64,000 nucleotides of DNA, taken from positions 536,850 through 600,849 of the forward strand of contig CBFICI010000001.1 of assembly GCA_965661125.1 (NCBI GenBank). The letters run 5' to 3'. The notes under the pieces were generated by a model. That model was not told the origin of the DNA. It was given only the letters and a program-made list of their open reading frames with translations, and did no database searches. This DNA is from Pseudomonadales bacterium. GTDB taxonomy: Bacteria; Pseudomonadota; Gammaproteobacteria; Pseudomonadales; GM7GCV1. The position numbers were made by a program, and so were the translations under genes. Below are positions 27,900 through 36,219 of this stretch, piece by piece. Numbering within the stretch: the first letter of the stretch is position 1; each line of letters begins with the position of its first letter.

Positions 27900-30026
27900 T
27901 CAGACCTTCAAGCCCAGTAGCGGTTCTTCACCCTCCACTGACAAGTTTTCAAAGCGAGCTGGCTGCCCTGCTTCCGTTACCGGCACATCCACTCGCACGC
28001 GGCGGCGCAGTGGCGGATTCGCGGCCATGGTGTAATCGCGTATCGGTTGTGGCTCGGTAATGAACTCTGCCGCACATCGATCCTTGTCCATTACCACCCG
28101 GTAGTAGCCGTATGCATCGTTGTCTGCGTAGAAGAGATGCGGATTTACCTCTGGCTTTGCCTGTGCCAGCGCATTGGCCTCTGATTTAGTTTGAATGTAT
28201 TGCATGGCTGCTTCTGCGCCGAACAGCATCCACACATTCAGCACCGGCAAGCGATCGTAGATATAGTCCATATCCCCCGCGTCGGCCACAGCGACCGCCT
28301 GGAAGAACTCGTCACCGCGCGCCAGCCGCTCTTGCAGTGATTGGCGGCATGCTGCACTGATCCCGGCACCCACCAGTTCCACCATTAGCGGAAACGGGTT
28401 TTCCTTGCGATAGTCGTCATACACAAAGCCGGCGTAGTGGGCGTGACGGTCGCCCGTCAGAGAAATCACGTTGCCAATGTTCTGCTGCCGGATAAATTGC
28501 ATCAATTCACGACGCTCATTTGGGTATCCATCCCAGCTGTCGGAGAAGTAAATGCCGTCGACACCTCCGTACTGCATGAAGGAATCATCAAAACCGAACC
28601 GCATCATGGGTACGTTGTTGCACAGCACTTTCCAACGTGCGCTGCTGTTTGCCAAACCCTGCTTCAGCCAGTCTTTCTGAGGGCCTCCCAGCATGCTGGT
28701 CGCAGGGGCATCTTTGCGTGGATTGGCTACTTCTACGCCCTGAAAACTGATCCTGCCGGGCGGGTTTCCATTGTTGTATTCGCGCCCTTCGGCCATCACA
28801 TCAACCAGTTCCGGCGGAATCGGCTGGCTGGGATAGGCAACTGCATCGGCACCCAGAATATCGTCGTCAACTCCGCGCTGCCCGCGGTAGCTGCGACCAT
28901 CAACCAGGAACAAATCCGCTGTTTTACCCCACTGAAGCGTCCGGTATATGGTCAGCGAATTGATCGCCTTCAGATTGTTGCTCTCCAGCGACAAATAATT
29001 CTCGTCAAATTCGGTGGGCTCGGCAGTTTCCACCGACGTAAAACTGAAATCCCTGGCCGGGTTAAAGCCTGCAGGGCCTGCCGCTGCGCGGCTAAGCGCC
29101 GCCGGACAGTATTCGAACCAGGCCTGGTTTGAAGCCAGTTTATTGGCCTGTACCGGGCCATTGTTGTCGTAGCTTTGCCAATAGTCGTTGCGTACTTCAT
29201 GGTCATCCCAGATGTACACAAAGGGATACAGGGCTCGTGCCCGGCGAAGACCGGCATCGGACATATTTTGCTGGTGTAAATAGCGAAAATCACCCAGCGT
29301 ATAGGCAAAGGGCCTGCCACCAGGAAAACCGCCGGACGGAGCATCGATGTTGGTGCGCTCACTGCCATCGGCCTGAATGGTTTGCGGTTCAACACTGTTC
29401 AGTGACGACATGCCGCCGCCAATATTTTCGTAGTACCAATCGCCCACATGCACGCACAGGCGAGTTTGCTCATTCAACGGCCGCTGGCTGTCGTCTACAA
29501 CCAGGCGCTGGTACGAATTGAAATAACCGGCTTCGAACGACTGACAGGAAAACATGGCCAATCGCAGTGGCTCTTCACTTTCAGGGTGCGGCGCGGTGCA
29601 GGTCCTGCCTACCGGGCTGGAATAACCATCGGGAGTAACAAACCGATACCAGTACCAGCTATTAGGCTGAAGCCCCTGGGTAAAGACCCGCAGAGTCTGA
29701 TCCATCTCGGGTTCGCTGGCCACCTCCGTTTCCATGATTACCTGCTCAAACGAACCGTCTTGCGACACCTGCAGGATAAGGGGGACCGCTGCACTGCCCT
29801 GACTGTCGACAACCCGCGTCCACAGCACCACGGCATCGGCATGGGGGTCGGCCGAAGCGATACCCTGAGGAAACTGATAGCGCTGACTACTGCCGGAGCT
29901 GACCGGCAGGTTGCCAGCCGTTCTGCTGACACTACAGCCAGGCAATACAGAAACTGAAGCGGTGGCAACAAAGCAACCTGCTGTTGCTGAAAAACGGCGA
30001 ATAAACTCGCGACGCGTGGTCGACAT
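27900..30026 (-). CDS. phoD: PhoD-family alkaline phosphatase/phosphodiesterase, Tat-exported lipoprotein
   Basis: Twin-arginine motif TRREFIRR, then lipobox LPGC. Metallophosphatase-type motifs are present (WDDHEV, GDRH). The track start at 30041 is 5 codons upstream of the preferred MSTTRREF start. Confidence 0.85.
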   Translation of the reverse strand: MSTTRREFIRRFSATAGCFVATASVSVLPGCSVSRTAGNLPVSSGSSQRYQFPQGIASADPHADAVVLWTRVVDSQGSAAVPLILQVSQDGSFEQVIMETEVASEPEMDQTLRVFTQGLQPNSWYWYRFVTPDGYSSPVGRTCTAPHPESEEPLRLAMFSCQSFEAGYFNSYQRLVVDDSQRPLNEQTRLCVHVGDWYYENIGGGMSSLNSVEPQTIQADGSERTNIDAPSGGFPGGRPFAYTLGDFRYLHQQNMSDAGLRRARALYPFVYIWDDHEVRNDYWQSYDNNGPVQANKLASNQAWFEYCPAALSRAAAGPAGFNPARDFSFTSVETAEPTEFDENYLSLESNNLKAINSLTIYRTLQWGKTADLFLVDGRSYRGQRGVDDDILGADAVAYPSQPIPPELVDVMAEGREYNNGNPPGRISFQGVEVANPRKDAPATSMLGGPQKDWLKQGLANSSARWKVLCNNVPMMRFGFDDSFMQYGGVDGIYFSDSWDGYPNERRELMQFIRQQNIGNVISLTGDRHAHYAGFVYDDYRKENPFPLMVELVGAGISAACRQSLQERLARGDEFFQAVAVADAGDMDYIYDRLPVLNVWMLFGAEAAMQYIQTKSEANALAQAKPEVNPHLFYADNDAYGYYRVVMDKDRCAAEFITEPQPIRDYTMAANPPLRRRVRVDVPVTEAGQPARFENLSVEGEEPLLGLKV

Positions 30027-30219
30027 ATCGATTTCCCCCAAGACTTTTTTTGACGATCTTAATACCCCCGCTGCCGGCTTTTTCTTTATGCAAATAGCCC
30101 ATGGGGGTATGCTGTTTTCGTTTGTATCGCGAACAGATTAATCGGGGGAGTACAAAAATGCACCATCAACTTGGCAAATACTTAGCAATTATCGCCTTAC
30201 CACTGGCCTCCTTTTGCTG

Positions 30220-30255
30220 TGGGCGTGAGAGGGATTATTCGGGCTGACGCCCTCG
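30220..30255 (-). repeat. Degenerate copy of the tRNA-Ser 3' end (left copy), including a 23-nt direct repeat shared with 30525-30547
   Basis: tgggcgtgagag-gggatt compares with the genuine tggcggtgagagagggatt. It is followed by gggattattcgggctgacgccct, which matches gggattactcgggctgtcgccct at 21 of 23 positions. Confidence 0.6.
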
Positions 30256-30354
30256 CCCTTCGGGCTCACCCGCTACGCGGGCCTCATTTGTCGCGCCTCT
30301 ACGAGGCGCTCGGTGCGAACCAGAGGGTTCGTCCACACATCCCTAACCGGTATA

Positions 30355-30382
30355 AACAAAAAGACCGCCACAAGGGCGGTCG
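30355..30382 (-). terminator. Rho-independent terminator of tRNA-Ser
   Basis: Minus strand reads gaccgcc-cttgt-ggcggtc, followed by tttttgtt. Confidence 0.8.
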
Positions 30383-30391
30383 TTTTGTTTA

Positions 30392-30482
30392 TGGCGGTGA
30401 GAGAGGGATTCGAACCCTCGATAGGCTATTAACCTATACACACTTTCCAGGCGTGCTCTTTCAACCACTCAGACACCTCACC
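30392..30482 (-). tRNA. tRNA-Ser (anticodon GGA), long variable arm
   Basis: The reverse complement is ggtgaggtgtctgagtggttgaaagagcacgcctGGAaagtgtgtataggttaatagcctatcgagggttcgaatccctctctcaccgcca. This closely resembles the E. coli tRNA-Ser(GGA) sequence as I recall it. Confidence 0.93.
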
Positions 30483-30496
30483 AAAACTGTTTTTTG

Positions 30497-30547
30497 GGAA
30501 TCCCTCACCGCATGGCGGTTCTGTCGGGATTACTCGGGCTGTCGCCC
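30497..30547. repeat. tRNA-Ser 3'-end-like fragments on the 5' side of the gene: one inverted (30497-30511) and one direct (30512-30547)
   Basis: ggaatccctcaccgca is an inverted copy of the T-arm/acceptor end. atggcggt-tctgtc-gggattactcgggctgtcgccct shares the 8-mer atggcggt and gggatt with the true 3' end. Confidence 0.55.
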
Positions 30548-30700
30548 TGTGCAAAAATATTCTTCCCTGCGGGTTACACCCTCGGTCAGAACGACTGCGT
30601 AGCTTTAAGCATGTGCTGAATCTGCTATGTTGCCAGCAGATTCAAGCGGGGCGAACTCTACACAATGAATTCGGCAAACTCAATTGGGAGTTTCGCCTAA

Positions 30701-32103
30701 ATGAGTGACCAGCTGCAGATCAGGGATACGAGCTCGCTGTACTTTTTATTGGGCATCCAGGCTGGCGGTGCTATTCGCCCTGGCCGGCTATTTCTGGCTA
30801 CGCAGCACTGCGGTCGGCGAGTTGCCCGATTTCCGCGTGGCCGCTCCCATATCTGTCTACTTTCTTGTCACTATTCTGGTGGGCCTTGGCAAATGGGCAA
30901 ATGGGCAAATGGGCAAATGGTGGGCAAATGGGCAACCCACATTACCTTTGTCACCATCGGTATTCTTTGTAACGCACTGATATTCGGCCTGCTTTCCAGC
31001 TACCTTTATTTTAGCCCTTCTGTATTCCTGTTTCTGGCGCTGGTTTTCGTCAGTTACAGCCTGGTACCTATTGCAACCAGCTGGGTGTACCTGCTTTCGC
31101 TCTATGTGGTGGGGCTGGCTCTTGGCTTTATCACCCAGGTGGATCAGGGTATGTCGATCCTTCGCTGGGTACCGGCAGACAGCGTCCCCGTTTTTTTGAC
31201 CGTTGCCCTGGCAATACTGGGCATACGCTTCCTGCGAGTGCGTGACTCTGCGCAGTAATCGAAGCTACATGAGCTGCAATCCACTCAGTCAGCATTAAAG
31301 TTGAAGAACTACCAGACTGCCAAATACCTGCCCCGACCTCTACGCGAGCGCATCGACCGCTTGAAGAGGTCTAAAAAAGTACCCACCGTAAAAAGCTGAC
31401 CGTTTTTTCTCGGATCTTGTGGATTTCAGTCAGCTATCGGAAGAAATGGAACCCAATGAACTGGCAAGGGTACTGGACGATTACCTTTCCGCCATGGCCG
31501 AAGTGGCAGACCAGTTTGGTGGCACGTTCGACAAGTTTATCGGCGATGGCATCATGATCTTCTTCGGCGATCCCAAAACTCAGGGCACCAAGGAGGACGC
31601 TCAGGCCTGCGTTGCCATGGCCGTTGAGATGCGCAGGCGCATGAACCTGCTGCAAATCCAATGGCGTCGGGAGGGCATCGACAGGCAGCTGGCAGTGCGC
31701 ATGGGCATCAATAGCGGGTTCTGCACGGTTGGAAATTTTGGCTCGAACGACCGCATGAATTACACCGCGCTTGGAACCGAGGTTAACCTGGCCAGTCGGC
31801 TTGAATCGGCTGCAAAGCCTGGCGAAAATCCTGATATCCAGCAGCACCTCTCTGCTGATTCAGGAAAAATGGCAGTGCAGTAGCCGCGGCGACATTCGCG
31901 TAAAAGGCTTTTCCGACCCGGTGCCCGTTTTCTCGGTATCCGACAAGCGCGCTGACAGCGACGAATCGGTTGACTATCTCAACCTGTCGACAGAGGCTTT
32001 TTCAATCTACATGGATGTGAATGAGATAGCCGACTGCGACCGCAAGAAAGTACTGGCCGCTATGCAGAAAGCCAGCGAAATAATCAAACGCGGATTCCGC
32101 TAG
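30701..32103 (+). pseudogene. Membrane-anchored class III adenylate/guanylate cyclase, disrupted by at least 5 lesions
   Basis: Reading frames were stitched by hand. The TM domain spans 30705-31255 and has a frame change at the octamer tract. There is an in-frame TAA at 31256-31258. The linker reads AKYLPRPLRERIDRLKRSKK. An A6 run (31373-31378) and a T6 run (31403-31408) each lack 1 nt relative to the frame that gives RKKLTVFFSDLVDFSQLSEEMEP...FIGDGIMIFFGDP. An A4 run (31825-31828) has 1 nt extra before the region reading ILISSSTSLLIQEKWQCSSRGDIRVKGF. Confidence 0.8.
30888..30938 (+). repeat. Octanucleotide tandem repeat: (GGCAAATG)x4, GTG, GGCAAATG, then degenerate GGCAACCC
   Basis: Counted base by base. 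The tract lies inside the TM-domain coding region of the cyclase pseudogene. Confidence 0.95.
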
Positions 32104-32880
32104 CTACTGCCGGGGCAACCGCCCTACTCCAATTGAAAAATCAACGTCGGTGGTTCGAAAGGGGTTAATGTCGATTCCGCCCCGGCGCAGGAACCTGCCA
32201 CACACCGCAACCCTATCCTGCCCATGCTCCAGCAAGTACTGCAAAATCTGCTCTACACATTGCTCGTGAAAGCCACTGTGCTCACTGAATCTGTAGAGAT
32301 AGTGGCACAGGCTATTCGGGTTCAGCCTGGGTCCCTCACAGCGAACAAATACACTGGCCCAGTCGGGCTGACCCGTTACTGGGCAAAGGCTTCGAAACGC
32401 CCGGGTAAGGTAAAACTGATCAGATGTCTCTGCTGCGGCAACCAGCTCGCCCTGGCTAGCTTCAAGCTGGTCCAGATCTATCCAGTCAGCTCCGGGCTCC
32501 GGGAAAACCGCCGGACTGGCATCCAACCTGACATTTACCGGGGCACCAGCGCAATTGGAAAGTTGCTTGCCAACCTCCTGCAGCAATTCGTTTTCGCTTT
32601 TGAAGGGGCTGAAAAAACAGCTGTTCAGGTACAGCTTGATCGACTTGGATTCCACCAGATTTGGGCTGTTTGCAGGCACACGGAAAGCCAGCACAGCCGT
32701 GTGGCGTTTACCTTGCAGGTCGGGCCAGCACAACTCGTACGCCGTCCAGTCATCCCAGCCACCAAAAGCCTCTGCGCGAATGTGCGCAAGCTTGCGGCCT
32801 TGAGATCGTGGCACTGCCGCCAGAACAGAAGGATCGTATCGGGTTGGCTGCGCAACCTCTTTGCCAAGGGGAATAGCCAT
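32104..32880 (-). CDS. queF: NADPH-dependent 7-cyano-7-deazaguanine (preQ0) reductase, two-domain type
   Basis: MAIPLGKEV...YDPSVL..., VESKSIKLYLNS and the Cys context SLCPVTGQPDW. The preferred start at 32880 overlaps the upstream permease stop (TGATG). The track start at 33054 is over-extended into that gene. Confidence 0.88.
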   Translation of the reverse strand: MAIPLGKEVAQPTRYDPSVLAAVPRSQGRKLAHIRAEAFGGWDDWTAYELCWPDLQGKRHTAVLAFRVPANSPNLVESKSIKLYLNSCFFSPFKSENELLQEVGKQLSNCAGAPVNVRLDASPAVFPEPGADWIDLDQLEASQGELVAAAETSDQFYLTRAFRSLCPVTGQPDWASVFVRCEGPRLNPNSLCHYLYRFSEHSGFHEQCVEQILQYLLEHGQDRVAVCGRFLRRGGIDINPFRTTDVDFSIGVGRLPRQ

Positions 32881-33653
32881 CAGGCGCGCAGATTCTTTCC
32901 GCTTTTCAAAAGTACCAGCCCAAGCCACGCCAAAGCGACGGTAAAGAACACAATCATGCCCATGGCAACCCAGACATTCACATCGGATATACCCAAGAAG
33001 CCGTAGCGAAACGCATTTACCATATAAAGCACGGGGTTCAATTTGCTTACCCATTGCCAGAATTCCGGCAGCAAACTAATGGAGTAAAACACGCCTCCCA
33101 GGTAAGTCAGGGGCGTCAGCACAAAGGTTGGAACGATGGAAATATCGTCAAATGTTTTCGCAAATACGGCGTTCACCAACCCGGCGGTTGCAAACAGCAT
33201 GGCGGTGAGAATCACGGTAACCAGTACTATCAGAGGGTGCTGTACCTGAAAGTCGGTAAAGAACATTGAGGTAGCGGTAACAATGGCTCCAACTGCCAAA
33301 CCGCGAGCCATGCCGCCAGTTACGAAACCTGCCAGAATCACGTAGTTGGGCGTGGGTGATACCAGTAACTCTTCGATGCACTTCTGAAACTTGTGGCCAA
33401 AAAAGGACGAGGCCACGTTCGAGTAGCTGTTGGTAATGACCGCCATCATGATAAGGCCCGGCGCCACAAAATCCGCATAGTCGAAACCTTCCATCAGGCC
33501 GATGCGCCGACCAATCAACTCTCCAAAAATCACGAAGTAAAGCACCATGGTAATGGCAGGCGGCAAGAGGGTCTGCGTCCAGATACGCAGAAACCGTCGC
33601 ACTTCCCGCGCAACCATTGTCTGGTAGGCAATCCACTGCTGCTGGCCACCCAT
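32880..33653 (-). CDS. ABC-2 type exporter permease (YadH-like)
   Basis: 257 aa, 6 TM helices, ABC-2 style. Confidence 0.85.
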   Translation of the reverse strand: MGGQQQWIAYQTMVAREVRRFLRIWTQTLLPPAITMVLYFVIFGELIGRRIGLMEGFDYADFVAPGLIMMAVITNSYSNVASSFFGHKFQKCIEELLVSPTPNYVILAGFVTGGMARGLAVGAIVTATSMFFTDFQVQHPLIVLVTVILTAMLFATAGLVNAVFAKTFDDISIVPTFVLTPLTYLGGVFYSISLLPEFWQWVSKLNPVLYMVNAFRYGFLGISDVNVWVAMGMIVFFTVALAWLGLVLLKSGKNLRA

Positions 33654-34579
33654 CAGTTGCTCTCCCGGTTGTGGCTCAACATGGAAACAAACATTTCCTC
33701 CAGGCGGTTGGCTTTATTGCGCATGCTGCTTACCTTGAGATCTTTCTCGTCAAGCAGTCTGAAAAGCTGGTTCAGCGGCTGCCCCTTGACCACATCCACT
33801 TCAATACTGTTGTCGTCAGCCATTCGCACCTCATACCCTTCAAGCTTTGGCGGCTCGGAAATATCCGTCTCCAGATCGATAATAAAGGTTTCGCGGTTCA
33901 ATTCTTTCAACAGGGCCTTGACGGTGGAATTGCGCACTATTTGGCCGTGGTCGATGATGGCAATGTGCTTGCACAGCGACTCGGCCTCTTCCAGGTAGTG
34001 CGTGGTCAGTATGATGGTGGTGCCGGCGGCATTGATTTCGCGCAGGAACTCCCACATGGATCTGCGCAGTTCGATATCTACGCCCGCGGTGGGCTCGTCC
34101 AGAATGAGCAATCTCGGCTCATGAATAAGCGCCCGCGCAATCATTAGCCGACGCTTCATGCCGCCGGAGAGGGTTCGCGAGGCCTGGTCGCGTTTTTCCC
34201 ACAAGCCCAGTTTTCTCAGGTATTTTTCCGCCCGCTCACGAGCCAGAGCTGGTGGCATGCCGTAGTAGCCGCCCTGGGTGACCACAATGTCGAACACCTT
34301 TTCCCAGGCATTAAAATTGAATTCCTGCGGCACAATGCCCAAATTCTGCTTCGCTGCGGCAAAATTCTCGTCGATATCGATGTCGAAAATACGCACCTTA
34401 CCTTCGGTTTTACGCACCAGCGAGCAAAGCACACCGATGGTGGTCGACTTGCCTGCCCCGTTTGGACCCAGCAAGGCAAAAAAATCGCCCTGCTGAACTT
34501 CGAGGTCGACGGATTTCAGCGCTTCGAAGCCGTTGGAATAGGTTTTACCCAGCCGGGAAATACTCAATGCAGCTGTCAT
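33653..34579 (-). CDS. ABC transporter ATP-binding protein (YadG-like)
   Basis: Walker A GPNGAGKST, signature LSGGMKRR, Walker B LLILDEPT. The start is either 34579 (MTAALSI) or 34597. Confidence 0.92.
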   Translation of the reverse strand: MTAALSISRLGKTYSNGFEALKSVDLEVQQGDFFALLGPNGAGKSTTIGVLCSLVRKTEGKVRIFDIDIDENFAAAKQNLGIVPQEFNFNAWEKVFDIVVTQGGYYGMPPALARERAEKYLRKLGLWEKRDQASRTLSGGMKRRLMIARALIHEPRLLILDEPTAGVDIELRRSMWEFLREINAAGTTIILTTHYLEEAESLCKHIAIIDHGQIVRNSTVKALLKELNRETFIIDLETDISEPPKLEGYEVRMADDNSIEVDVVKGQPLNQLFRLLDEKDLKVSSMRNKANRLEEMFVSMLSHNRESN

Positions 34580-34662
34580 ACAAGAATGGCCATCCAAAAG
34601 GGATGGCCATTCTATAGAAAACAGCGATTAGTTGTCAGATAGGCTGACCAGCTGGCGCTGAA

Positions 34663-35274
34663 CTAGCCCCCGGGGATATCCGTGAATATGGGTTCCAAAC
34701 CCAGGCTCCAGAGAATCAGGCTGGCGCACATGACACAGATCACAATCACCAGGCTCACTCCCACCATTGCGCTGGCATAAAGAAAACCCCTTTCAGGGGG
34801 CATCTTCATGGCGATGGGAATACCGATGTACAGGTGATACACAGAATAGCTCACCACCAAAATGGCAATCAGCATATCAATAGCAAAGTTGGGGTAAAGG
34901 CCAACAATTCCGCCGAGCAGAATAGGCGTGGAGGTAAACCCGGCCAACGCCATGCCCTTAACTGCCGAGGTGTGCGCCCCGTAAGTCTCGGACATCCAAT
35001 GAATAAAATAGCCAACAATCCAGATGGCGAGTATTTGGGTAATCCAGAAGCTAACGCCGATGGAAATCGCACTTTTATCGGCCAAGAACAGAGGGTCGCT
35101 ACCGCCTACCGTCCAGCCAACCCGGGTAGACCCGTAATACCACGCCAGAGCCGGAATCAGTCCAAGAATAGCCGGGTAAGCCAGATAGGGCCTGAATTGG
35201 GCATCGGACATCTTGCCTATCGACTGCCAGGTCGAACGAGGTGACAGCATCAAGCCAATAACTTTGGATAGCAT
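34663..35274 (-). CDS. Yip1-domain inner-membrane protein
   Basis: 203 aa, 5 TM helices. The N-terminus (SPRSTWQSI) is typical of Yip1/DUF1282 proteins. Confidence 0.7.
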   Translation of the reverse strand: MLSKVIGLMLSPRSTWQSIGKMSDAQFRPYLAYPAILGLIPALAWYYGSTRVGWTVGGSDPLFLADKSAISIGVSFWITQILAIWIVGYFIHWMSETYGAHTSAVKGMALAGFTSTPILLGGIVGLYPNFAIDMLIAILVVSYSVYHLYIGIPIAMKMPPERGFLYASAMVGVSLVIVICVMCASLILWSLGLEPIFTDIPGG

Positions 35275-35364
35275 CAGGTGGAAACTCGCGTTGGAATTTT
35301 CACCCTAAGATAAAGCCCCGAGAGAGCGCAGTCCAGCGGTGTTAAAGCACCAAATAACCCCTGC

Positions 35365-35378
35365 TTGACAAGGGTCAA
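35365..35378. promoter_or_regulatory. FNR/CRP-family box TTGAC-AAGG-GTCAA upstream of the Yip1 gene
   Basis: Perfect palindrome matching TTGAT-N4-ATCAA at 8 of 10 positions. Its centre is about 97 nt upstream of the ATG at 35274. Confidence 0.4.
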
Positions 35379-35400
35379 TTATCTGCGGCTTTGGTGGCCT

Positions 35401-36159
35401 TTATGCATCTACCATAGCCAGGCCACGCAAGCGTTCGATGTCCAATATTTCCACTTCCTTGTTATCTACCCGAATGACCTCGGCTTTTTGCATACGGCTG
35501 AGAATGCGGCTCACGGTTTCGACAGTCAGGCCGAGGTAGTTGCTGATATCTCCGCGCGACATTGGCAAACGGAAACGCATGGAAGACTGGTTGCGCTGGG
35601 CAAAGCGCGTGGAAATGCTCAAAAATAGCGCTGCCATGCGCTCTTCAGCCGAATTTTTCGAAAGCAGCGTAATCAGCTCCTGTTCGGCAGTGATCTCGGA
35701 GCTCATCAGCTGGAAAAAGTGCTTTTGCAAGGACGAGATCTTCATACTCAAATCCTGCAAACGGTCGAAGGGAATTTCACAGATAGCGCCGGTTTCAAGC
35801 GCTATCGCAGTATTGGTGTGACGGCTTTGCGCAATGCCGTCCATGCCGAAAATTTCTCCGGGAAAATAGAAACCGGTGACCTGTTCGCGGCCGTCTGCCG
35901 TCGTGCGAATGGTCTTGAAGCACCCCAGTCGCACTGCATACACAGCCGAAAAAGCCTGGTCCTGGTGGTAAATCTGATGCCCTTTTTCAACCGGGCGTCC
36001 GCGCTGCACGATGTCTTCAAGGCGAGCCACTTCATCTGCCTCAAGCGCAATGGGTAGGCAGATGGTGTTCAGCCGGCAATCGCCACAGGATTTGGATGGC
36101 GAGTGATTACACTGCACGGCGGGGCGAACCTGGATGCGCTGTCCTTCCGCACTATTCAT
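35401..36159 (-). CDS. fnr: FNR/Anr-type oxygen-sensing transcriptional regulator
   Basis: 252 aa. N-terminal Cys cluster C-x2-C-x5-C (SCGDCRLNTIC) plus an internal Cys, a cNMP-like fold, and an HTH with ETVSR recognition residues. Confidence 0.92.
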   Translation of the reverse strand: MNSAEGQRIQVRPAVQCNHSPSKSCGDCRLNTICLPIALEADEVARLEDIVQRGRPVEKGHQIYHQDQAFSAVYAVRLGCFKTIRTTADGREQVTGFYFPGEIFGMDGIAQSRHTNTAIALETGAICEIPFDRLQDLSMKISSLQKHFFQLMSSEITAEQELITLLSKNSAEERMAALFLSISTRFAQRNQSSMRFRLPMSRGDISNYLGLTVETVSRILSRMQKAEVIRVDNKEVEILDIERLRGLAMVDA

Positions 36160-36219
36160 CTGATTACTACTCGTGAAGCGTCAGCGAGATTTTAACCCCG
36201 AAGCGCCCCTGCAAGCGAG

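Noticed and set aside
30042-30200. Pho box upstream of phoD
   Set aside because: I looked for CTGTCAT-N4-CTGTCAT-type direct repeats. Only ctgtt...aacag fragments are present, with the wrong spacing, so there is no convincing site.
30219-30602. 127-aa plus-strand ORF spanning the tRNA-Ser locus
   Set aside because: It reads straight through the tRNA gene, its terminator and the GC hairpin string. Its Arg/Gly/Leu-rich translation is typical of repeat DNA.
30701-32103. Frameshifts in the cyclase as mere homopolymer sequencing errors
   Set aside because: This is not fully excluded, but I rejected it as the sole explanation. One lesion is an in-frame TAA, another is a whole-unit repeat change, and none of the ~70 other genes I translated shows a homopolymer frameshift.
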